A stretch of DNA of 64,000 nucleotides. It comes from Nageia nagi (Eukaryota; Plantae; Pinophyta). Below are positions 37,866-49,700 of the stretch, in pieces. Below the pieces are notes generated by a model. It had not been told where the DNA came from and did not search any database. It was given only the letters and a program-made list of their open reading frames with translations. Each line of letters starts with the position of its first letter. Position 1 is the stretch's first letter. Position numbers and translations under genes: made by a program. Location of the stretch: assembly GCA_050084985.1 (NCBI GenBank), contig JBITNC010000002.1, positions 38,130,001 through 38,194,000 on the forward strand, in the 5' to 3' direction.

Positions 37866-39779
37866 ACTGAAGCTAGTGTCACGATTGTTAATCCCCCTCA
37901 TGGCAATAGATGTATGAGATCACCTGGTAATGACCTCCTTTTAGGTAGTTCTTTAAGTACTGGACCTAAGATAATATTATCAAAATGGCCTCAAAATGTA
38001 ACCTTGATGAGTCTTTCTTGAGGTTTATATTGTAAAGACCAACTGACAAGTAATACAGTAGTAATAGTATTAAGGAATTTGACCAACCACCATGGGCTCA
38101 TCTAATCAATCACACAAAGATCATTGCCTAGATCCATAGGGTAATAGAGTCATAAAGATGAAAGAATATAAAAAAAAACAAACATTTAACATCTCATTGA
38201 AATAATGTAATAACAAATATTCAATATTCAAGAGGAATACATTACTGCAACATTCACATAATAAAAGGCTGCAAGTAATGACACTTATTCAAGAAAAAAA
38301 GATATACAACCAAAGGATATTCCATTGTATTGAAATTTTATGTTCAATGCGTCTGGCTCATTGTCATAGAACATAAATCAAAATTACAATGATAGAATTT
38401 AGTTCAAATGATGCAACATAATCCTAAATAACAAAATCCTTAACTAAACTAACAATAACTTTATGGATAAAATCCTATAACGAGCTTAATAACAATCCAA
38501 TTGTGATGTCTAAACATAGGTTGTAGTGACCATCCAATACCTAAAAATCTCTTGAAATTGAATGAATAATAGAGTAAATTTCTATGGCATGACAAAGAAG
38601 AAGATGAAAGAACTCAAGGAAAATAGAATGGGCTCTAGACAATACCTCCGTCTAGCAAATAAGTAAATGGTGAGAAGATCCATGCAATGCCTTGCACTTG
38701 TGTATTTATCCTCCTTGCTGTGTAGTTCAGGTCATGTCAATTGCAATCAATTTCTCCATTAAGTCTTCATGTACTTTTAGGTATTCTTGACCAACCTTCA
38801 TTAACTATGACTACATTGGGGTTGTTTATAACTATTGTCTTTAATTGTTTCCTTTTGTATGGTGATTACTTGTGAACGATACCATCTGCAGAGTTCCAGA
38901 TGCAAGACTTTTGATAGGATCTACAATTGCAACCATTTTGCTCTACTTTCATGCTTTAAATTTATATTATTATGCATGCAATCTCCTGACAAGGTCTGTA
39001 AATGTGATCACTCGGGAGTCAAACACTTTTACTCCTTATCAACTCAATCATGAATGCTCATCTAAATTTGTTCACACATTGTTCTAGGGGTTAGCGAAGT
39101 TTTACGCTAAGATGACCCTTTATCATACCCGATAAGCACTATCACGCTGCATTTTTATAGTTATTGACATCATCAAGGTGAAGACCTAGGAAATAGTGTA
39201 TTTCCTTATTGCTTGACGTTATCGGGCTCTTCTTGTGTGCATGCTGACATCATCGCTTGATACCCCCCAAACATAGTGTATTTTGAAGTGCTTTGAAGAT
39301 TGAAGGCTCATGCTAATGAAATGAGGAACGCAAGAGATTAAGAATGCCTTGGTGCTTTTCAAATGATTTTTGCTCATTCACACAAGCTCTCTCACTCTTG
39401 CACTAGGTATAAATTACCATCTGTGAACAATCTTCACTCATTTGTACATGTCCTCCTGATGTCATCAAGTGTTCTTAGGAGCCTTTTTATTTGCTTGTTT
39501 TTTGCTTTCCCAAGAGTGTAACTTTGTGATGATGACTTCAACATGATGAAAGGCCCGAGAATAAGTATTTTAGTGTTGTTTTGTCCTCCCAAGATATTTT
39601 GCTAGAAGGATTGATATCAATTTTCACAAATACAACATGCCCCTTAATCGCAATGCAATACTATCAATGCTAATGTCAACTCATGTACTACACAACATAG
39701 TCTTACGAAGAGTTTGAGTGGTTAATAGAACTCTTGTCATAGTCAAATCTAAAGTAGTCATAGTCAAAATAGTGCAAGA

Positions 39780-40585
39780 TGTGGATTGTCACACTTTAAG
39801 GTTGACGATGTCAGCATAAACTTTATCATGAAGCGAGAAAGGATAAAAAAATTAATATCACACTTTAAAGGTAATGACATCAACCAAGGTATATTGGCAA
39901 GAATGGTGGCGTAAATTCCAAGTAATCGTGACATTAAATAAAATTGCCTTTGTAGCTCCTTAGTTGTGATATAGCATCGATGATATTGACATCAACTCCT
40001 GGAAAATGCAACATTAAGTAAAAATGCCTATGTCATGATATGGCAATGTAAATGATGATGTCATTTCTTGGCAAACATGGCATTGGGCAAAATAACTTTC
40101 ATAGCTCCTTATTCATGATGCGATAGTGACAATGTTGATATTAGCTTGTGAAAAACACAACACAATAACATTTCCCCAATGGTGCGGTAACATGCAAGAT
40201 GACATCAACTCTTGGTAAGCACGAAATTGAGAGAAATGACCTTTATAGCTCCTTAATTATGATACGAAAATGATAATGTTGATGTCATCTTAGGGAAAGC
40301 ATGGTATTAAGTAATAATGCCTTTTTCATGATGCAGCAATGTAAATGATGATGTCATCTCCTAGAAAACATGGCATTGAGAAAAATAACCACTATAACTC
40401 CTCAGTCGTGATGCGACACTGATAATGTTGATGTTAGCTTATGGAAGATGTGATAAGGTAAAATACAGTTAAAATCTTTTCCCCCATAATGCAGTTACAT
40501 GCAGGATGATGTCAACTCATGTAAAACATGACATGTTGTGATATGGGACTGTAATTGCCAACGTCAACTTCCTAAAAATGCAACA
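39780..40585. repeat. Degenerate higher-order tandem repeat (subunits about 70-75 bp, period about 293 bp)
   Basis: tagctcctta near 39953, 40102, 40246 and 40394 (variant). gcaatgtaaatgatgatgtcat near 40043 and 40336. Confidence 0.7.
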
Positions 40586-40899
40586 TAATTCAAGAAAGCT
40601 CTTTGAAGAGTTTTCATGGGTGTCCTTAGCATATCATGAAAAGGGGGATCCATACATAGGAACAACTATCAAAAAATGAAATATAATAGCAAGGAACTGA
40701 AGAAAAAGTGTATATAAAATTTCCAACTGAAATTTGGAAATTCCAACATTTGCCAAGCAATCTAGAAACATGGGCCTTTTTTATTATCAACATCAATGTA
40801 ATGCCTTATGTGCCAAGTGGGTGTTTAGAGATGTCAAAGGGTCGAAGGTGTGGAACATTCTTATCTACCATTGTACTTCTACATGCCTTCCCTTTAGAA

Positions 40900-42470
40900 A
40901 GTGAGTGGGGTGAGGTATAAACCTTCAAGCTCTTCTTAGTGCTCCTATCCCTATCAAAATAAAAGGTTCTTTTGCTATTTAGAATATCTGACGAGATTGG
41001 GAAGCACTCAAACCTTGACTTTGTAGGAAGGGAGAAGGATGTTGGAAAGAGGATTTTGTCTTCTCTATTAGTGTCTAGAGGTCACCTATTATTACTTTTG
41101 AAGGCTCAATGCTTTTATAGGAGAGGAATTACGATAATTTTATATGTTTTCTCTTTTCAAACCAAGGATTGGATTCCTTGGGAATCTTTCAAGCAACTTC
41201 ACAACTTGAAATCTCATTAACAATATTCCTTGGTGTTTGTGGTCAAAAAATGCAAGACAATTTCAAAGTTGTGGTAGTTTAATAGGAGTTGGCTCAAGAA
41301 TGTTTCCCTACCTAAGTACAAAGCTCAGTTGGAAGATTCTTGGCTTTATCCTCATTTATCCATGGCTTCCAAGCTTAATGAGCATTGAGACCTTATTTCT
41401 CATCTATCTAGGTGGAGTCTTCATTTTAATATGGTTTGGTCCTCTTATATAGAGTTGAAGCAGGCTTTCCTTGTTGGCAGTTTACTTCATCAAGAACTTC
41501 CTTTTGGGAAAAGACTCAATTATATGGGAACTGAAAATCCTACTTTTTTTTATGGGGAATATGAAGATGTTGTTCAGTTATCTTAGCATTGCATAAAAGT
41601 TTGATCTACTTGGGATTGGATTGGAACATTCTTTAGACATTTCATGCCTATCTCCTTTTCCTAGGTGCAAGTTCTCCTTCGAGATCCTCTTGAGTTTTAT
41701 GAGCCTCTAATTGAAGTCTAAAACATCTTTAGAATTAGCATTTTTATCATTTGTGGAAGACCCGTAATAAAGTTGTATGTTCTCAACATTGTGCCCATGT
41801 TTTTTGTTGGCTGAAAAATATGAATTTTTTTATGATTCATAGTTGCAAATTTTTCTCAACATCTCCATAATCTCATGGACCTTTGGGGTAATGCACTTTG
41901 TATTGTATATCAAGTCCCTTTGGATTCATCTTCGCAAGAGCATTTCAAATCTCGAGGTCCTTTCAAATCTCATTTAAGAAGACGAATATCATTGCGCACT
42001 CCTGCTAATTTTGCAAAGAGACATTAGTCTTAACGCCCCTCCCCTTTGACAAAAGCATGTGGGGGTAACTCTTACTACCCCGCCAATGGTTGCGATGTTC
42101 GTTCGGCTATTTATAAATCATTGGTTGGGGAGATGATGTTGACAATCCGACCTTCGATGATATTAATGATCTTGTTATTATGGGCAATAATAGCCATAAT
42201 AGTAGTGGTTTTGTCAACAACATTGGAGGTAATGGTTCTGACACCAACATAAATGTTGGATGGTACATTCCTATCCCACCCAATGATGATTGGCAACATC
42301 TCACCCAAACCAAAGATCCTGCAAACAAGTCGACTAATTTCAATGAATGAATTATTGTCTAATCAAGTAACTTTTTTTTATGGTGTTAACTCTATTTTTT
42401 ATAATATTTTGATAATACATACCTTCAAGTTTTATGAGAGCCCTACTTGTTGAAGATGGAGCTCTAGAAA
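40900..42470 (+). mobile_element. Possible decayed 3' part of a LINE
   Basis: Trp-rich + strand fragments and composition resemble the LINE at 28.6-32.2 kb. No clean motif recovered. Confidence 0.3.
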
Positions 42471-43554
42471 AAGAATACAAAATGAAATAGCCGGTTGCAA
42501 CGACCCCATCTTTCTATTGATATGAGAAAAACTTGAATAATATGAAGTTCAACAATAATAACACAGGGCCAAGACTATATTATTTAAGCTGATATTTTAT
42601 CCACTTATTTTTTTATGAAAAATTATTTATACAAATATAGTATTATACTAATGTTAAATATTAAATCATAAGTAACTCAAAATGAATCAATAATTATAAA
42701 AATATTAAGCAAATAGAAATGATATTTACAACTTGATTTATGAATATCATGAAAATTAATAAGGATTTCAATACAACAAACGATCTAACTCGCTATAATC
42801 TATGAGCTGACCTTTACCTTACATTTACAAAGTACTAAACATCATTAATTGATGATTCCATAGTTCTTATATGGATTGTTCTTTTGAACTTATCAAAATT
42901 GTTAAGCGCAGAGATTCAATGCAAGCTCCGCATTTAATATAAAAACACAATGTTTTTAGGAATTCAAAACTCCGTATATGTTGCAACAAAAGTAAAGTAC
43001 TTTAGAAAATATGTCTTGTGGCCTTCAACATTACTATTACTCCATGAATAGCCTGTTACATTAGAATAATGTGGTGTTAGACATTTCCATTTGCAGCATG
43101 ATTGTTGGCAATTATTTTCCATCACTTTTTATTTTATAACACTTTTTTTAAGTCGAGCAGAAAACGATGCGCCTACTCAAGTCAAGAAATATTTTGATCT
43201 TTTGTAGATTACAAGTACTTAATCAAGATCCCACAAATCTCCATTTGGGAGATATGTGTAGTTTATGAACTTCGAAGACAACTTCTTCGACTGAAACAGA
43301 ACCCTGCTAATAAACACAAGGCCAAAATTTTGCTTGGAAATGAAAAGAAAATCATAAAATTCAAACAATAGAGAGTCGAAAGAGATGCTAAATCAAATGA
43401 ACATGAATTGTTCTTTATTAATCACAATCAAAAATTGAATTCTCAGGATATGTACATTTTTGGCAATGCCAGCTTTTTATATAAAAAAATTGAAGAATGC
43501 CTTCACTGCATCAAAAAAAATTGTAAAATGCATAAATCTGCATAGCTATATCAG

Positions 43555-43788
43555 CTAACTCCTTTTAACGACCTTGTGAATGGCTCTTGAAATTTGAAGC
43601 CACATAAATTCAGGTATTCTTTGACAGGAAGTCTTTGCCAGAGAATTGAGGATATCCATATAAAACTTGTGCACTTCAGGCCTCAGTGCAATACCAAATA
43701 GCAAAGGTATCCATACCTCGCGTGAAGCATTCACAGCTTTGGCAAAAGCACATAGCCCTGCGATAACCCTGGAGAGAAAAAAGTGTTT
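43555..43788 (-). CDS. ABC1K terminal exon ([12 protein letters not shown]...RPEVH...VVKRS*)
   Basis: The acceptor atgcag|AAA gives the phase-0 join; TAG stop at 43557-43555. Confidence 0.8.
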   Translation of the reverse strand, partial: KHFFLSRVIAGLCAFAKAVNASREVWIPLLFGIALRPEVHKFYMDILNSLAKTSCQRIPEFMWLQISRAIHKVVKRS

Positions 43789-46700
43789 CTGCATTCACAA
43801 AAGATGCAGAAGATAATTAGGTATTCAAATCTTAAATCTATCCGAGGAGCTGTTCTGATTGATTGTATCTATACCAGAAATGCTGAAGAAATAAGCAACG
43901 CCTCAAAACTTGAATGCAATTTTACATTGATCCTTCAGTAAGCATGTTTGTGTCAAACTATATCATTCTCCAATATGAGACACTCAAGCGGCAGAAATAA
44001 ATGATTAAATCATTGAAGTTTGAAAGGATTCCTGTGGAATACAAATAACCTTAATATAATTTGCTTTATCCTTATCAACATATTTAGAATATCCTAGCAC
44101 GGGCAAAAAGAAATAAACTATTGCTCTATTTTCGATTTTGAAACATGACAAACCCAATGCACCTGAGAAGCATTAGAAAAACAGAAATCCTTAAATAGCA
44201 GTTTGACCAGGCATGCCTACTGACCTGTTCATTTTCTGTCTCACTGTCTTCTTTTGCTGCAGATGTTTTCTCAGAGCTTTCTGATCTTGTCTTTTCCCTA
44301 TATTGCTGACTATCATCTTCCATTGTTGAAGCAAATTTGTATTTTGGCTGTCCCTCAATTGCAACTAACTGGTTCCAGGAAGCTTGTTTTCTCTCATGCA
44401 AACCATCATAAACCCATTGCTGCTCGTTGAAAATTTTACGATTTGATCTGTTTTTGTCATTAGAGACATTGCAGCCTTCAGCAGCTTCACTTCTCCGGGG
44501 GTAAAGATGAGTTAATATTTCTTGCTGCAGAAGTGTATCCACAGCACCGACAATATCTTGAACTAGGCATTCTCTGACTCTTACACCTTTCCCTGAGAAA
44601 ATAAAATCAAACAAGTCTACTGTGGCTGCAGCAACTGCCCTCATATCAAAGCTCAAGCTCCATCCCCTTCCTTGAGTGGAATCCAATTCATTTTGTTCTC
44701 TACTGCTTTGCACATCTTTATCTGTTGCAGATGTCTGCTCAGCAATAGCCATTACCTGAAAATAAGATTATAGTAGTTATATAAAGCATTTCAGAAAATA
44801 AAAACTGAAACTCTTTTATGTATTCATATGACTTTTAAAAAGTTTTCAGAGCTTAACCATTGGGCACAAAACATAATATTAAAGTTTCCTTGGATCACAA
44901 AATAGACCTGAGGTCAGAATCCTCCATTTATCTAAGATTTTGCATTACTCATCTGAAGTTATATTAACGCACATCTTTGGAGCAGCCGAGAAGGTTTGAC
45001 TAGAATAGTGCGTACAAAAATTTTGATTTGACTAGGCAACATGATTCTCAAGAAGGCCTTGCAAGCTAAACTGAAAATGCATAGACAAATGATACTTCAA
45101 CCATTTTCATGGGTCTATGCCACAAAGCCCATATTTTACTGGGCCAAAATAGATGCTTCAAAAACTTCTTTTTTAAGCATTGTCTGCAAATATCAATAAT
45201 TATGAATTAAATCCTACTGCCAAACAATTCTCTGCAATGTAAAAGCATATCAAAGCGATGCTCATATCACATAGGGAATAGATAAGCCTCATTTAACTGA
45301 CCATATGACTGGATCTTATAACCTACAATTGCACAAAATCATCAGTTCTGACATATCAAAGATATTGCTCATATCACAGCGCTTCGTTTCTCGTGATGCT
45401 CCTCTTGGGCGTCTGTTGTCTCACATGAGCATGATCAAAGATGTGACAGCATACTGGATGACCATAGCAGAGGTGAGATTCTTGCATCTTCATTTTGTGC
45501 TTGACATCTTTGAAATCTATTATTATGGGGATTAATGTAACAACTTACAATATCATGATTGATCTTTCATACAATCATGTTTTATCTTTCATTTTCCTTT
45601 CACTCCCGAGCCAAACTTACAGAGAGGTGTCAGTGACATATTGGCTAGCGAATCACTAACTATGTGCACTCCTCATTTGGATATTATATTGTCTAGTGGA
45701 CCACTATCCATGTGCACTCCAATATGGACAAACATTGTGAAATATGTCATTTCGCAATGTTATTATAGGTTGTGTTACTCTGTGGCCAAACTTGGAATAT
45801 TCTAGATGACTAGAGTATATTTGTTGCTATAAATAGGCGGCCTTTTCTCCCATTTTTTAATCATCAGTGTCAACCTATGGATTTTTCATATGATCATCTG
45901 TTGTGGACCAATGGATCATCCTCAATTGCAATCATACTTTTTCTTCTCCATTGTTTATGGGGCTCGCTCCCTTTTATTTCCTAATTACTGCATGGATTAA
46001 AGAGGAACTAGATAAAAAATAAAGTTATTCTAAATACATACAAGGCGTTCAAGACGATGCCATCGAATTGATCCATTGTTTTGGATAAGAAGCTCCCTCA
46101 ATATTCTCCTCATGTCAGGATCAGGATCTGCAAGCAACCTGCCAACAACAAAAGGATATGCACTTGCAACCACTTTGAAGTCGGGATCTAATGACTTTGC
46201 TGTCCCTTCTAAAGATCCCAGTGCTCTTAAAACCAAGGCATAGTCAGGAGGCAAAGAAAAGTTGTACTCATACATCACATCAGATAACTGGTTCATAATA
46301 CCCTGAGGAAGCAAATGCACAACACAGACAATATGTTTATTCCGTAATAGAAAGATCATTAATCTTTATGCCAAAATTTTCTAAGAAACGAAATGTAATG
46401 CAAAGCTGAAAGCAAGAATCTATAGTGTGATAATAAAAATGTTTTTAAAAACAAGATAGGTAAGCCATATCACATACAAGACCCTCAAAAGTGGAAGTGG
46501 TAGCTAAAATAAATTATGCACGTGGAGAGGAAATAGCAAATTGCAATACCCTGGAGAGATAATCTTCACTACAAAACTGTAACTCGGCTATGACAACATA
46601 ATAAAACAATGAACATACAAGTAGCGTTGCAATAAACCCAAAGAATATTGAGATAAGCATGAGAAAGACTTTACTACACAACATGGAAATGGAATGAATT

Positions 46701-49700
46701 TCTGTGACAACATCATACCAAAACAACGAACTCACAAATAATAATGAGATAAACATGACAAAGACTATATACAATATAGACATGGAATGGAATTCTGAGC
46801 CAAGACTCCAAGAGGCTAAAATACCTTGCACCAGCTATTCAGACTACCTACCTGAGATTACATGCTACAAATCTACTTAGTTACTTTAAAACATTATAAT
46901 GACCAAAGGAATTAGTCTTTACTGAGAACACCACACAAAAAGCAATCAAAGACCACAGTCCTGATTGAAAAAACAATTACCTGGAAGTCTAATTGCGACC
47001 TAGTTCTTTCGTCACCAAATGATGCTTTCATAGCATCAGAGATAGTTTGTATATTGTCTCCCCAGGAAGAAATCCAAGAGAAAGGAAGTCATTTGCCAAA
47101 CCCATAGAATCACGGTTAACAAAGTGTACAAGCTGCATCCATATCAACTTTTATTAAATTTGTAATGGAAAACAAACAGAAGCCCAATATCACCAACAGA
47201 GAGCATCAGAACTGTTAAGAACATAGATTAGAGAGTTCAAGAGTTGTATATTACGCACATAATATCATTGGTATCCTAAGGGCACATATAATACTGAAAG
47301 ACATAATACTAGCATCTACGCATGCTAACCATTATCAAGTATTGAACATCAGAACTACTGACAATTCTCAAATGATTTGATTAATCTGTTTGTACAAGTA
47401 ATGAAGAACTTCCCAATCATACAGACATAAAATTTGCTAATAACACCTTTCAAAGTTATATTTGTTAATTTTTCTCCTGAATGCACCATGTTCCCTTTTA
47501 TTAATAACATAAATATCACAAGTTAGATTCATGACTCTAATACTTCCATATTACCAACTAGGTCCAACAATGAACAGAACCATAAGAAGGTAGTGTCACT
47601 CCTTAAAGCAATAAAAGTTTTACATAAGTGGCGCGTGACCAATATTCAACTCTCCTCACTAGTAGAAAACTTATAAAATGGCAACTGAAGTACCACTAAA
47701 ACGGTAGCCATGCCTCATTATCTTAACCATAGTTGCAAAATTCAGTGAATATTTGATTTATGCAGCTGAATATTTGCTGAGTCAATAAAAATGAATAATT
47801 AAAAAATATTCTGCAAAAATCGCATATTCTAAATATGCATTTTTTTTCAAAATAAATGCCAAGTAATCAGTATTCAATGCATTTTATGTAAATTTAGTAA
47901 TTTTTGTATTAGTTTGGGTTGAATATTCTCCAAATGACTGAATTTTAAAAGTTTGAACCCAAACGAATATTGGCCGAATCCGAATTTCACTATTAAGATC
48001 TTCACCCTATATAATATTTACCTTTCTACCTAGTATAATGCAAAGTATTCTTCTCTAGTTGTGGGGATATAGTGTGTACTTCAAGCCTCAATTGCTTGAA
48101 AGAGAAAAGCACAAGTTCACCCAATACATAACCTCTATTTGTTGTAATCATTAAATAAGATATGTTTCTTATAGCATATAAAACTCAAACAAATATAAAA
48201 TAAAACAAATGGAATTAAGTTGGAACCCCTAACTAGCTGCTATTATTGTAAAAAGTTTCCAGAATGCAACAAAATATAGGAAGAATAACAGAGAGCTCCA
48301 CTGATAAGGTTAACAAACAACAGCCTAGAAAACCAGTGTGCAACTATCTAACACAAACTACAATTCAAATTAGAAGTAATGACAAGCACATAAATCAAAC
48401 ACAATCCTATTTGCCTTGTTATTTGGTTCATTTAGATACCATATGAAGAAATCTCTTAGTTTACACCTTACACCTGCCTCCTTTCTAAGTATATACAAAG
48501 TTGTTTTTGCCAATTCAAACTCCGGGATTCGTGACAACAAAAGGCTTCTCAAACGACTTGCTTTAGGTGAATCCCAACTGTTACCATGTTTGTTTATCAT
48601 GTTCTCTCATGTAAAATTTTCGCTCTTCAATTCTTGCTCCAACATTCTGTTATACTATTTCAAAATAATTTAGTTACAAAGCTCCTTAAACACCTTTAGA
48701 CTTGACATTAACAATCTTACTTGTTTTAGAAAGTACAATAAAGCTAGAATTTTGAAACTTTAACAGCATGTGTAATTGGTGATTTATAGCATGCTATCAT
48801 TTTGAGTCTTCCATATCTTTGACATGTTTTGAAGTCCACACAGGTTCAAAGTAAAAACCACTGTATACTATGGTCACAAGAAAAATGATGATACCTATTC
48901 ATGACTATAAGAACAATTTATGCAATCTTGCACAGTAATTGGAAATACTAGTAGGACAACTATCACAATGCATCCATGATCAATAAAGCAACAAAAAAGC
49001 TTGTATTTGAGACTAAAGGACCAAGTAAAACATAGTCAGATGTCAGGCCATCCCTTGCAAATAGGTTTCTACTTCACCCATGTAATAGTTTAGTTCTTTA
49101 GAATAATACCTTGGATGCTACAGATTGAATAGCAAGATAAGCTACATCAAATTACATCCAATTCTATACAGAACATGCAGGAAAGACATACCATTCGGAT
49201 GAGACCTAGTCGATACTGATGAGGAATATTGCCCATCATACCAAAATCAAGGTATGCAAGTGATCCACTTCTGATAGCCACAAGATTTCCAGGGTGTGGA
49301 TCAGCATGGAAAAAACCCTCCTCAAGCAATTGTCTCAATGAGCAATAGACACCCTAGCAAAGATGATAAAGTTGGTCATTAGAAGAAGCTATCATGAGGA
49401 AGATTTGAAGTCAGTAACAAAAATTCACAAACCAAACATCCATTGCATTCAGAAGCACACCAAATCCGACAAACAATATAACCGGGTGCCTAATTAATAA
49501 GATGGGCTCAAATTTTAGTAACACATTATCATAGTTATGCATTAAATAGGAAAGGACACACAAAAAGCACTACTTTACATCTGTTATTTGTATGTCATAC
49601 CAAATTTCTTCACACAAAGTAACATGCCAATAAAATCTCAAACAATAGATACATAATTGTTTATTTTCATATGCAATCTTATCCAACATGAATCAAGTAT

